Positions 26,514-38,797 are shown, numbered from the stretch's first letter. The stretch: 64,000 nucleotides of DNA from Eledone cirrhosa (GCA_964016885.1 CAXHJY010000313.1:22709-86708), one strand, 5' to 3'. Notes: generated by a model not told the origin, from the sequence alone. Numbers and translations: made by a program.

Positions 26514-29249
26514 ATCATCATCATCATCATCATCAACGTTTAACGTCCGTGTTCCACGCTTGCATGGGTTTGGACGGGGGTTTTCCCACTTGAGGCAAGA
26601 GTGATTGTCTTGCTCGCATAGGAATGTCTGGTAGGTTTTCTACAGTTGGATGCCCTTCCTAACACCAACCACATTTACAGTGTGGGTCTGGGAGGTTTTT
26701 ACCGTGTTGCCTACATGGCCACAATACAGCGTGGACTGTGTGTTTTTTTGTCGTGACACCTACACGATCTCATTTGTTTCGGCTTGGATGGTGTGGCACC
26801 AACATAACTTTACATAGAAGGGGGCGGTGTTGATGGGACGGGGGTGGTGGGACGGGGTGTATTTTGTTAAAGATGCCTACTGACTGTAGTAGGTTTTACT
26901 TTGTATTTAGGTAAGGCGGGTCTTCTCTATTACTGAGTACCGCCAAAGGTCTCGGTCCAGTGACATTGTCTTGGTGAGGTGTATGTGCGTGAGGTCGGAG
27001 TTTATCAGCTCGTCCCAGGTTTTTCTGTGTCTGCCTATTCCTTGGCTACCATCTATCTTTATTCCCCTGCACTTTGTTATACAGCTATCGTCCTTCATGC
27101 GCATCACGTGACCATACCAACGTAGCCTTCTCTCTAGTAAACAACATCTGATCCCTCTTATTTCTAATTTTTTCCTGAGTTCGTTTATGCTTTGTCGTTC
27201 ACGTATATTACTATTACACATCCAGCGGAGCATGCAAGCTTCGTTTCTCTCTAGTCTGCATATATCCTCTGCACACAATGCCCAGGTCTCACTGCCATAC
27301 AACATTGCTGTTCGTATGCAGGCATCGTACAGCCTGCCTTTCATTTTTAGGGAGAACCCTTTAGCGGCTAATAGTGGTATAAGCTCTCTGAACTTTTTTC
27401 CATCCAGTTCTGACTCTAGCTACTGTACTTTCAGAGCACCCTCCCCCACTGCTGATTTTGTCACCCAGGTAACGGAAGCTGTCCACTATTTCTATAGAAC
27501 CCTCTGCGCAGTTGAAAGAGCTAGTATTTTGTGGGCACTTGCTGCTACTTAATGCCCCAGAACACCGGCCACATGTAAAATCTATGTTCTTAGTTAGCTT
27601 ACCTGTGATCCCACTACATCTTTTATGCACCCAAAGTTTGCATTTGGGACACAAAATGGAATTTCTACCTACGCCTTTCCTACACTCTGCGCATGGCCAC
27701 TTCCCGGAGGGGACCGCCGCCTTATTTTCTTTCTTACAAACTAGAACTTTAGTCTTAGCCAGGTTAATTTTAAGGCCTCTTGATTCTAGGCCGTGCTTCC
27801 ACGTTTGGAATTTCTTCTCTAGCTCGGCCATTGATTCAGCTATGAGCGTTAGATCATCTGCGTATAGGAGTTCCCATGGGCAGCCGGTCTTGAACTCCAC
27901 TGTTATAGCCTGGAGGGCAATAATAAATAGTAGGGGGCTAAGAACAGAGCCCTGATGAACACCCACTTTTACACTAAACTCTTCACTATATTCGTTGTTA
28001 ATTCTAACCTTGCTGACTGTTTCTTTATACATGGCTTGTATAGCTCTCACAAGCCATTCATCAACACCTAGTTTTCTAAGAGCCCACCAGATAATGGAAC
28101 GGGGGACTCTGTCGAAGGCCTTCTCCAAGTCGACGAAAGCTAAGTATAGGGGTTTACTTTTAGCTAGGTACTTCTCCTGTAGTTGTCGTACAATGAAAAG
28201 AGCGTCTGTGGTACTTTTTCCTGACACAAACCCGAACTGCATTTCATCTAGATCAATTCGCTCTCTGATTAGTTGCGCTATTACTTTTTCCGTGACCTTC
28301 ATGACCTGGTCGATTAATTTAATGCCTCTATAGTTACTCCTATCTAGGGCATCTCCTTTACCCTTATAACAGTTAACGATAATGCTGCTATGCCAGTCCT
28401 TCGGAACAACCCCATTCTGTATGACTTGGTTGACTATCCGGGTGACCATGGTGTGTCCCACCGTACCAGATGCCTTCAGCATCTCGGCAACTATTTCCGA
28501 AGGCCCAGCCGCCTTGCCTGTCTTCATATCTTTGATTGCCTTACTTATTATACTACCCTCGACTAACACTGCTGGTCCCTCTATTGGGTCGATGTGGGGG
28601 AGACTGTCTTTCTCCCATTTATTCTCCTCATTTAGTAGCCTTTCATAGTGACACTTCCAAGCTACCTTCTTATCGGCGTCGGTGATGGCAAGTTTCGCCG
28701 TCATCGTTAAGTACACACTTCTCCCCGACAATATCACTGTTTTCCTTGACGCATTGCCTAGCAATCCTGAACACCTCACGTTTTTGGTCCTCACGTTGTA
28801 GAACATGCTTGAACTTTCTTTCCTCTGCTTCCCTTCTTGCGAAGTACACTTGCCTCCTAGCTTCCCTCCTGGCCACTTGATAGTCTTCTCTGCTTCCCCC
28901 ATCCCGCCATACTTTCCAAGCCTGCTTTTTGGCCTTAATTGACTCCTCCACCTTACTGTTCCACCACCATGTTACTCTCCTCCTGCCTACAGGCCTGCTC
29001 CAGCCACAGACTTCGTCTGCCGCCGTCAGCAGGTTTGCTTTCAGGAATTCCCACTGTTCCTCTACCTTGTACGTCTCTAATTGCACTTCCTCACTGTCGA
29101 AAGCATCAAGTAATATGCTTTGGAATTTATTTTTGGCTGTGGGGTCCTTTAGCTTCCATATTTTTCTCCTGAGGATAGTCCTCTTCTGTTGTCTAGTACG
29201 TCTTGTCCTGACTATGAGGTCGCTGACAATGAGTCTATGTTGGGAGGTA
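26514..29249 (-). mobile_element. RTE-B LINE, 5'-truncated at end of APE, frameshifted
   Basis: ORFs 28670..29086, 27361..28902 and 26907..27344 carry the linker, RT ([13 protein letters not shown]), PHD and C-terminus. Confidence 0.94.
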
Positions 29250-29362
29250 TATGTATATATATATGTATATGTATATATATATATGTATATATATATATAT
29301 GTATATATATATATGTATATATATAGAAAGATTTGAATGGATACAGTTTAGTTGAAAGGAAT

Positions 29363-29482
29363 TTATTGACACGTGTTTCTATAACAGTTACATAACCTAA
29401 AACAGCTGCTATCTACAAACTTTTAGTTATGCAGACATTCAATATTTCAATGTTATTATTTACTGTCATTTCATCAGAATAA
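29363..29482 (-). ncRNA. Type I hammerhead with long branched stem II (3' pLTR copy)
   Basis: Minus strand TTATT-CTGATGA-a-ATGACAGT..insert with two hairpins..ACTGTTAT-a-GAAA-CACGTG-TC-AATAA. Palindromic stem III, GUC site. Confidence 0.78.
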
Positions 29483-30063
29483 TATTACTGAGGACCTATT
29501 TAGTATTTATAGAGAATATTAGGAGGGAGGGGTGAGGTTGTTAGAAGAATAGTTGAAGGAGTGGTTTTTCGATAGCAGTGAGAATTCTTGGTGGCAGTGA
29601 GTAATTAGATTCCCATCTGTTGTTTTGACATTTTTTATAGAATATATTATTGGTTATTTTTCTAAATCTATAGAAGGATTAGAGATAGTAAAGATATGCG
29701 TGGTTGGTTTTGTGTTTGCACTTAATTATCATTCAGACTTAAATTTTTCTTTCAAGTGTACGTATCCTTTCACCCACGCATTCACACACAAATATATTTG
29801 CACACCTCTACAAAATACATATACTCACAATTCACATATTCATACTTACATATATATACACATGCATACACATATATATACACACATGTATTCATGTACA
29901 TACATACGCGCTCATGTGTATACATTTTCATACTCAACTTATCTTTATATACACACGTATAGACACACACATATATACATACATACTCTAGTCCATGTGT
30001 ACACACATACACATACATACACATCTATATACACATATATACATACACATATATATATATATA

Positions 30064-30098
<35 letters not shown>

Positions 30099-30197
30099 AG
30101 CACTTTAATACATGAATACACTTACATCTAACTATACACATCAAACATATATATATATTTACTTATTTATATACATTTTCACATATATATACATACT

Positions 30198-30255
30198 TAT
30201 GGACGTTTTTAGACACATTCATTATCGCATATTTGCACCTATTCTCATCAGCATA
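30198..30255 (-). ncRNA. Second, variant hammerhead-like motif in family 4 pLTR (also at 33716..33773)
   Basis: Minus strand TATG-CTGATGA-GA..TC-TA-AAAACGTC-CATA. Stem I TATG/CATA and the GUC site are present, but G12 of GAAA is missing. Confidence 0.45.
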
Positions 30256-30367
30256 TCTTTCCATTATTAGTGTGGTAATTTAAGGTTATTAATATATGTT
30301 GAGAAGAGATTGTTTTTATATTTTTCTAACTAGATTAAGGTTTATATAGTTGGGGGATGTCCCTCTT

Positions 30368-32668
30368 TTATGTAATATTCGGCTTGTAGTGGGAAAAAAG
30401 GGTTTTAGTTCTGTGACGGCAGAATAATGTTCGTTCAATTCTGTTATTCAGCAGTTTCTTCTTGTGTGTGATTATGTAATAAATCTCAAGATTACACAAT
30501 TTGCAGAAATTTTGGCTCCTGGAAAAGCTTTGGGTTTTAGCTAATTTCTCCCATTTTAGGGTAAACTTTTGATCGCTATCCCTGAGCGTCCAAGCTTTTT
30601 CTGCTAAAGTTGTTACATTTCTTTGGCTCTGGTGTTTTATTGAGTAAGAATGCCTATACAATCGAGATTTAAACGATGTTGCCGTTGATCCCACGTAATA
30701 CCACTCGTTGCCTCCGGATTTAATGGTACACTTATAAATAATATTTTTTTCCAGGCAGTTATTGCCGAGGGGGCAGTTGTCAGGATAGGTGCAGTTACAG
30801 TTGTGTACGTTGGGTTTTCTCTGGAGTAGTATTGCGGACGAACTTAGGTGTGGTTTATTTATGTTTTGTAGTGTATTGTCTACTGTTTTTTTTGTGTTCT
30901 TTGTACTTAAGTTTTTAGTGTTTTCGTTTAACCTTCTAGTATTGATCTTTTTTATGTGTTGTTCAAGGTTTAACGCTGTAGAGTATGACAGTCTTATAGT
31001 GGTAGGGTTTAGGATTTTGTGGTATTTGTGTGATGTAGGAAAATGTCTTTTAATTATTTTAAAGAAGAGTACTGGTAAATTTGTACTAATGGAACTATTG
31101 TATTCGGGGTTATACCATAAGTACTCTTTGCATCGCTTTCTATTAGTTTTGTTTGTTGGTTTACTGGTGTGCATACTATGGTAGTAAGTGTGGTTTGGTG
31201 TTGTGTTATTATATCTACCTATGTGGGATTTATTTTGGGTGTTTTGATTGTTCCCATCTATGTACTCTATTTTGTTGAGGTAGCCTGCTTTACTAAGGGC
31301 GTTATCGTAGTACTCGGCGTATTCCTTAAATACTTGTATGTTAGAAGATAGACCCGAGATTCTAAGGGAAATATTTTTAGGGATAGATTTAATTATAGAG
31401 ATGGGGTGGTTAGACCCAACATTTACGTATTTGAGATTTTCATTTAATTTATGAAACGGTTTAATCAAACCAGAGTTTAAATTGAGTGTGACATCCAGGA
31501 AGTTAACTACTTTAAGGTTGTATTCATATGTTATAGTTAGTCTTATATCTTTGCGTAGTTTTTCTAGTTTTTGGTTATTAAGGTTTTTAGCTAGGAGGAG
31601 AACATCGTCGTGGTATATTCCGCCGTGGAGATTGCTGAATTTTTCCTGGAGTCTAAAGGCGATAAATAACCCCACAATATCAGTTATTTCCGCCGAATCG
31701 TTAGAGCCCATTGTTATGTCAAAGTTAGAGGGTCTATCTTTACGTACCCAATAACTGTTCTCAAATTTGACTATAGTTTTCCTAGCTTCTAATATAATCT
31801 TAATTTCATCGTTTGTAAGGTCAGAGTTATCCTTAGCAAACTTAATGGCTCTATTCAAAGTTTCAGGTGATATCGATGAGTAATATTCATCGATATCAAA
31901 CTGGATAAACTTAGATTTATTCTTATTGCTAATGCTATTAAACCATCTTATTGCTTCTTGGGTCTTCCCCCAGAGTTTAATGTTAACCTTAGCCTTAATT
32001 TGGGGGATGATTCTATCTAAGATATATTTGCTTATTTTACCTATATATGATTTAGAGGGGCAGATTAATCTAATCTTAGGGTCATTATCAAAGTTTACCT
32101 TGTGGTCCTTAAGATTGAAGGTGGGTACCGCCGGTAAGAGTGGTCCTGTCCTATCTTCGATTCCGAGATTTTTCACTATTTCGCATGCCTCATCATTGAT
32201 GTGCTTAAGGGTTACTTCACTCGTTTTTCTATATTTTTTATGTAATTCTTTTCGAATGAAGTTGTTGTATGTAGTGCAATCCATAGTGTACAGGTTTGAT
32301 GTTTTGTCCGCTTTTACTACAATTCCTTTGGTGTTTTTAAGGTCGTCCAGTAGTTTTTTTATATCTTTTTGTAATTTGCTGTTGGTGTTGCGTTCTTTGA
32401 ATTTAATTTTAAGGATTAAGTTCATAAGGTCCTGCTCAAATGCATCTAATAGTGGGTTGGTGGGTGGGTTTTTACAAGTCCTAAAACCGAATTTATTGTT
32501 TACACCACTTTCTAATGTTGAGTTCATACGGCTTCTATCATAGTGGAACGTTTTCCACCTGACACGTCGAATGAATTCATTAGTTTTTTGAATCATACTC
32601 AATAAATATTCCTTTCTACCTTGGGTTGGTATGTTTTTGAGTGACATATCCAGGTTGTGTTTTTCCAT
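30368..32668 (-). CDS. PLE reverse transcriptase + GIY-YIG endonuclease (766 aa)
   Basis: SLKNIP..RWK N-terminus, KADKT, KDHK..F..PKIRLI.PSK, FDIDEYYSSI, FDITMGS.DSAE, YHDD, VNFLDV, SNHP, CNC..CPL..CL, IIYKC..YYVGST, CKLC..E..LLN..CRH. Confidence 0.92.
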   Translation of the reverse strand: MEKHNLDMSLKNIPTQGRKEYLLSMIQKTNEFIRRVRWKTFHYDRSRMNSTLESGVNNKFGFRTCKNPPTNPLLDAFEQDLMNLILKIKFKERNTNSKLQKDIKKLLDDLKNTKGIVVKADKTSNLYTMDCTTYNNFIRKELHKKYRKTSEVTLKHINDEACEIVKNLGIEDRTGPLLPAVPTFNLKDHKVNFDNDPKIRLICPSKSYIGKISKYILDRIIPQIKAKVNIKLWGKTQEAIRWFNSISNKNKSKFIQFDIDEYYSSISPETLNRAIKFAKDNSDLTNDEIKIILEARKTIVKFENSYWVRKDRPSNFDITMGSNDSAEITDIVGLFIAFRLQEKFSNLHGGIYHDDVLLLAKNLNNQKLEKLRKDIRLTITYEYNLKVVNFLDVTLNLNSGLIKPFHKLNENLKYVNVGSNHPISIIKSIPKNISLRISGLSSNIQVFKEYAEYYDNALSKAGYLNKIEYIDGNNQNTQNKSHIGRYNNTTPNHTYYHSMHTSKPTNKTNRKRCKEYLWYNPEYNSSISTNLPVLFFKIIKRHFPTSHKYHKILNPTTIRLSYSTALNLEQHIKKINTRRLNENTKNLSTKNTKKTVDNTLQNINKPHLSSSAILLQRKPNVHNCNCTYPDNCPLGNNCLEKNIIYKCTIKSGGNEWYYVGSTATSFKSRLYRHSYSIKHQSQRNVTTLAEKAWTLRDSDQKFTLKWEKLAKTQSFSRSQNFCKLCNLEIYYIITHKKKLLNNRIERTLFCRHRTKTLFSHYKPNIT

Positions 32669-32872
32669 TGTTTTGGTTGCGTTTGCTGTGTGGGTTGCTC
32701 GACTTTACAGGAGGTAAATATACAGTATTTTCCGTTGTGTTGTAATATAAATATTACACACAGTAGATTATCAGCTCACGTAGAGTTTGCTCGACGGTTC
32801 CAGTTGTAGTTCCAAAAGTAATCCGGAGAAAAATAGAAAGATTTGAATGGATACAGTTTAGTTGAAAGGAAT

Positions 32873-32992
32873 TTATTGACACGTGTTTCTATAACAGTTA
32901 CATAACCTAAAACAGCTGCTATCTACAAACTTTTAGTTATGCAGACATTCAATATTTCTATGTTATTATTTACTGTCATTTCATCAGAATAA
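32873..32992 (-). ncRNA. Type I hammerhead with long branched stem II (5' pLTR copy)
   Basis: Same motif as 29363..29482, offset 3510. Confidence 0.78.
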
Positions 32993-33554
32993 TATTACTG
33001 AGGACCTATTTAGTATTTATAGAGAATATTAGGAGGGAGGGGTGAGGTTGTTAGAAGAATAGTTGAAGGAGTGGTTTTTCGATAGCAGTGAGAATTCTTG
33101 GTGGCAGTGAGTAATTAGATTCCCATCTGTTGTTTTGACATTTTTTATAGAATATATTATTGGTTATTTTTCTAAATCTATAGAAGGATTAGAGATAGTA
33201 AAGATATGCGTGGTTGGTTTTGTGTTTGCACTTAATTATCATTCAGACTTAAATTTTTCTTTCAAGTGTACGTATCCTTTCACCCACGCATTCACACACA
33301 AATATATTTGCACACCTCTACAAAATACATATACTCACAATTCACATATTCATACTTACATATATATACACATGCATACACATATATATACACACATGTA
33401 TTCATGTACATACATACGCGCTCATGTGTATACATTTTCATACTCAACTTATCTTTATATACACACGTATAGACACACACATATGTACATACATACTCTA
33501 GTCCATGTGTACACACATACACATACATACACATCTATATACACATATATACAT

Positions 33555-33616
<62 letters not shown>

Positions 33617-33794
33617 AGCACTTTAATACATGAATACACTTACATCTAACTATACACATCAAACATATATATATATTTACTTATTTATATACATTTTCAC
33701 ATATATATACATACTTATGGACGTTTTTAGACACATTCATTATCGCATATTTGCACCTATTCTCATCAGCATATATATATATATATGTATATGT

Positions 33795-36623
33795 ATATGA
33801 AATATATGAAATATATGAAATATAAGAATCAAAGAACTGTTCAAAACATTTTTGTGCTTACAACTGTTTCCTCCAAACCGAGGTTTGGATTCTTCGGAGC
33901 AATTTATTAATGAATGGACAGTTATATGACCTCCTTTTCACCCAAGAGACATACAGATACATATGCAAATATTGTGGGTCAACATTCATTACAGCATTTA
34001 GAGTGGCAGTACACACTTAGAGATTACATTCATATTAAAAGGTACAATCAAAAATCAAAAATACAGGTTAAAATACAACATGAAAATAAGCGGTTATATA
34101 GTGCAAATGTTATATGTGTGGCAAGCACGTGCGTCTTATTTATATAGTGTGGCAGAGAGTTACGTGTAGTAGAAGCACTTAGGTAGGTAAACAAGAGTGT
34201 TAGGTTGGTTGATCTGGTGGCAAATTCTTTATATGATTGTTATAGTCTGTGTGTGGAGAAATGATATAAGCATTAAAAATAGTGCAAGCATTAAAGATAT
34301 TAAAAGTATTGGAAATGCACAGCGAAGGGATGATATGGACTTCATGTACTTCGACATTTTCATAGTTAGGGGAGTGTATTTTTCAGATTATATGCCCCTC
34401 ACATAATCCACGACAATTCGATATTGAGCGTTTGATAATCCAGTTAGAGAATCGTAGTCTGATGTTCATTAGTTCAATACAGGAGGCTGTTACGTTTCGA
34501 GAATCGACATTGAATACTACCCGGAAGTGTGTGTGTGGCTAAGGGGAGTTAATGCATGAGGGGAGGTAACTCCGAGGTTTCTATTACTAGCTATTGAAAT
34601 GTGTCTCAAAATAGACCCTAATTTCCATGGTTACGCGCAACTTCCAAAAAATTTCTAAAGCATAAAGTGTTTTAACTATAGAGTAGTCTATTAAGTTGTG
34701 CTGAAGGTGTTCATATTATTATGGTGAATTAACCCCCATCGTAGGGTGCCACAAATGAATATTATAGACGACGAGCGAGGATTCTAAATTAATGATCTCT
34801 GTGGTTGTAGTCTACTCATAGGACCAGGCGCGGTGATTGCAGAATCACTTCAACACACAATGAACTCTGGTAAGTTCTGGGTCATCGCTTGCTACATTGG
34901 ATGTCGAAAGATAATCATCACCAGGGCCGACCAGAGGTCAATCCGCAGTCCTCATGACCCCACTCTGACCATCAAATCATCCATATATGTACAACCCGCA
35001 CGCCAGTTGCAATACATTCATTCTCTGCACTCAGCGTCCTGGTCCTACTGCTCAACAGCGTTACTAGATTAAATCGTTTTTCATCTGTCCAAGGAAGGCA
35101 CTTCCTCCGCACAACACTACCAAGCCAATCAATTCATGCTTAAATTAGCTATAGAGCGGTGTAGTGCAGTTCAAGTGGGTGGATGTTGTCACACCTAACG
35201 TAGAGGTATAAATGGGTATTCTCCCTGCGAAGGGTTCCAGAGGGATGTCGTTGTTTGTGTTATATTAGATCAGTTAGTGTTGGGTATGTGGTATAAGGTG
35301 TGCCCCTCGTGTTTGATGCTAGAGGTGGTGTTTGGTTCAAGTCCCACATTGCTATATATTGGGCTTAAAGTTTTGGAAGGAATGTCTGAAGCGGTGCTGG
35401 CAAGTTGCAAACACTTCAGATTTTTTGTTAAGTAGGTTACGGTTAGAGAAGATAATATTGTGGGTCTCTAGTATACAGAGGTTACAAAATTTATTAGGTG
35501 GTTTGTACGAAGTCGCGCTGCCTATCACTTCCTATTTGAGTGTGTATGGTTTATTTTTAGTTTTTAGATAGTGTATGTAGCTAGATAGTGAGGTGGAGTT
35601 GGCTAGGCTGTGCTTTTTGAACGAGTGTATGTGCAAATTATATCTGATTTTGAAGCAGTTAGAAGTGGAGCCTACATAGGTTTCTGAAGAGTTGCTAGTT
35701 GTGACGGTGCATGAGTATATGATATCCTTGGTTAGGCATTTTTTATCTAAAGGGCAGGTTCTATTAGCTCTACAGTTACAATTATCCTGTGTGTTAGTCT
35801 GCTGGTTATAATGCAGTGCAGAAGTCTGGGTGGTAGCTATAGGATTTTGGACATTCGGGTTGTCAACCCCGGTGTTATTTCTTATACTAGTGTTATTTCT
35901 ATTGTTACTGCCGTTACTATGGTTGCTTGCTACAGAGGTATTTAGAAGGTTTGCATCCTGTTGTGATTTCATTTGTTGGAAGTAAGAATTAATTTTACTT
36001 TTATTGCTGCTAGCTATGTGGTATGCTAAGTTAGGCGTCGTAGAGTATGAGATTTTAATAGTGTTTTTGTTTAAAAGGCTGTGGTACTTGTGTCCTAGAG
36101 GGAAGTTTTTATCTAGTAGTGAGAAGAAAGCCCTAGGTATGTTGGTGGAGACATTTAGGTTGAAAGGAGGGTTGAAAAATGTATTATTTCTTCTTCTATT
36201 TTTGTTTTTAGTGTTTGGTGTGTTGTTTCTTCCTAAGGCACTACAGTAGTTTCCGTGGTAATGGTTACTTCCGGTGGCACCCTCCGCTTTGGTGTACTTG
36301 TGGTTGCTATTCCTATTATTAGGTTTCCTCATGGACATGTGCGAGATGATGTTGTAGCTATGTGTTTTCTTAGGTAGGAACTCAATTTCTATATTATGGC
36401 CGGATCTAGCTAATGCTTGATTGTAATATTGTGAGTTTTTGCTAAATATGTTTGCGTCGTAGGATAGACTAGAGATTCTATTGGATACCCCCTTAGAGAT
36501 AGAGTTTAATATTGATCTAGGGTGATTAGACTTGGTATCTATGTAAATGAGTTTTTCGTTAGGCTTATAGAAAGGTGTATATATTTTTGAGTCTAGGTAT
36601 AGTGTGGCGTCTAGGAAGTTAAC
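33795..36623 (-). mobile_element. Penelope-like element family 1, second 5'-truncated copy
   Basis: ORF 35532..36623 (VNFLDATL, SNHP, CNC, TYVG) with a premature stop. 3' region is homologous to 2290..4044. Tail ATATTTCAT x3. Confidence 0.92.
33855..33901 (-). ncRNA. Minimal hammerhead, CCGAAGA variant (family 1 copy B)
   Basis: Reverse-complement match to 3946..3992, with stem III ACAGTTGT. Confidence 0.78.
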
Positions 36624-36650
36624 ATATATATGTATATATATGTATATATA

Positions 36651-38322
36651 CACTTGAATCGGGCAATGGCACGTGCGGACATGATTATCTTCGTAGGAAT
36701 TCAATTTGATTTATTTTACTGCATCTCCTCGTATGTATTTATTTTGAATGTATTATCCGTGGTGGTGGGTTTTGCCTAATGTGATATTTCTGTGTATTAT
36801 ATCCGCTTTGACCCGGGTGTCCTACTCTGTGTGTGTGTGCGTGTGTGTCTGTGTATACATTTATATGTGTATGGGTGTAGGTGGTTGTATATGTCTGTAT
36901 ATAAAAATATATATATATGTATACCGTCTCTGCATATGCATGTGGTGTGTATATGTGCATATACGTGCAGAACATATTGGTGTGTATAATCTTGAGATGT
37001 CCCAATGCGGTGACTTCATGATATTGGCTCTTGAAGCTATTTTTTATATATCTTTTGTATGCGCTGTTGAGTATGCATATTAACCCGCCTGACCCAACTG
37101 TATTTGATTGCTTTCGGCTAGCCCGCCTGCACCTGCTTGCTTTCGGCCCACTTGTCTGCCTCTTGATATTCATGTTGGGGTAAACGATTTTGCTTGCTAC
37201 ATTGTGACGTTGTAACACTTATTTGTCCGCCCATGGATGCTCCTGCTGCTGCATGTGATTTCTCCTACCTTCCTTGGATATACCTCTGTTGACCAATGGA
37301 CTCCTGCCCGAGTGTGAACCGGTTTGTGATTACCCCACCGCTCAACTGTGTGAATGCACACCCGTGACTTTCGAGTGTGAACTTTTGAGACTGCCCAACC
37401 TGGGACGTCTCCATTGCATTGCAATGGTCAAGTGATACTGATAACTGTGACACTTAGGGCCTTCGTGGGCCCCTGATATATTCAAGAAATATATTCTAAA
37501 ATATATATCTTATCTCAATTTACTTTATTTTATTTTATTTTATTTTATTTTATTTTATTTTATTTTATTTTATTTTATTTTATTTTATTTTATTTTATTT
37601 TATTTTATTTTATTTTATTTTATTTTATTTTATTTTATTTTATTTTATTTTATTTCATTTTATTTAATTTTATTTAATTATATCTTATATTATATTATTT
37701 TATTTTATTTTATTTTATTTTATTTTATTTCATCTTATTATTATAATATATTATATTATACTTTATTTTATATAATTTTAATTTTAATTTAATTTTATTT
37801 TATTTTATTTCATTCCTCACCCTGTATCACTATTATCTGTATATTTTATATGTATGATTTTTATATTTTTTTATATTTCTTATATATGTTATACGTCTAT
37901 TTTTTATCTATTCTTACCTACTCCTATCTATCTTATCTATCCATGCGTATGCTTGTATGTAACTGTATGTTGACAGCACCCCGCCCAACTGTGACCGATA
38001 GCACCCCTTATTTTTCAATGCTTATTTTTATTTTTACTTCCTCAATATTTTTAATTTTTTATCTTTTATTATTTTTATTCTTTATTTCTTCAATGTCTTG
38101 GATTTGTTATTGCTTGTGTAATATGTAATCAACCTTTATGCTCTGATGAGTCCCACTTATAGTGCGAATGAAACAATGTTAGCAAGTAAAGATATGCATA
38201 TGCTATAGGCGTTCTTTGTTGTTGATTATATCACGGCTCTGTCCTCAGACATCGAGCTAACCTTATACTGCCTATTGGATAAGTGGAGTGTTATACACCC
38301 CTAATCCTCTCCCTTATATACT
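36651..38322 (+). mobile_element. Non-coding ~1.6-kb HHR-bearing repeat, copy 1
   Basis: Same start and end as 50659..52226. Internal (TTTAT)n at ~37523..37810, HHR near the 3' end, TA-flanked. Confidence 0.8.
38134..38191 (+). ncRNA. Minimal type I hammerhead (stem II partly degenerate in this copy)
   Basis: CTTTATGCT-CTGATGA-GTCCCAC ttata GTGCGAAT-GAAA-CAATG-TT-AGCAagTAAAG. Confidence 0.75.
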
Positions 38323-38342
38323 ATATATATGTATATATATAT

Positions 38343-38797
38343 AACGAAGGAAATGTGGTAAGGAACCAGGTGGACCATAACGCACCAAAGTACTCAATAC
38401 TTGGGGTAGTAGAGTGGGTAATAGGAACCAGTAAGACCCCGACGGCTGAGCTCAAGCCGTTTCGACGGCTAATTCTGGACTAAATGAAAATTTATCCTGG
38501 TATTTAAATAGCCGATCTTCTCAAGGGGTAATTCCATATATGGTCAAAGTGATTGTCAAAAGTCAGTAGTAATTCTGTGATTGCAAATTAGTAGGGGAGA
38601 TGGTGGCTAAACCTGCCAGTAGGAGAAAGTTCACCTACTGGCAGGTTTAGCCACCATCTCCCCTACTAATTTGCAATCACAGAATTACTACTGACTTTTG
38701 ACAATCACTTTGACCATATATGGAATTACCCCTTGAGAAGATCGGCTATTTAAATACCAGGATAAATTTTCATTTAGTCCAGAATTAGCCGTCGAAA
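38343..38797 (-). mobile_element. Short pLTR-like fragment with HHR and 164-bp fold-back inversion
   Basis: Perfect inverted repeat 38460..38623 / 38634..38797 with a 10-nt loop; HHR on the minus strand. Confidence 0.7.
38436..38529 (-). ncRNA. Type I hammerhead with compensatory U3-A8 core (UUGAGAA)
   Basis: Minus strand ACCCC-TTGAGAA-GAtCGGCTA..TAGCCGTC-GAAA-CGGCT tgagctc AGCCG-TC-GGGGT. All three stems pair; GUC site. Confidence 0.82.

Larger units (their letters stand above)
29325..33774 (-). mobile_element. Nearly complete Penelope-like element family 4 (Naiad-like) with ~930-bp direct pLTRs
   Basis: Near-identical direct repeats 29325..30256 and 32835..33774 flank a 766-aa RT + GIY-YIG ORF. 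Confidence 0.93.

Noticed and set aside
30368-32668. Selenocysteine-recoding Naiad-type ORF
   Set aside because: The ORF is open without in-frame TGA, so no Sec recoding is needed, and I identified no SECIS.
34833-35072. Antisense small ORF in the PLE family 1 3' region (also 12..194 and 2782..2964)
   Set aside because: The shared frame has some third-position changes but many replacements and different starts between copies, and there is no recognisable domain. A dN/dS test on many copies would be needed.
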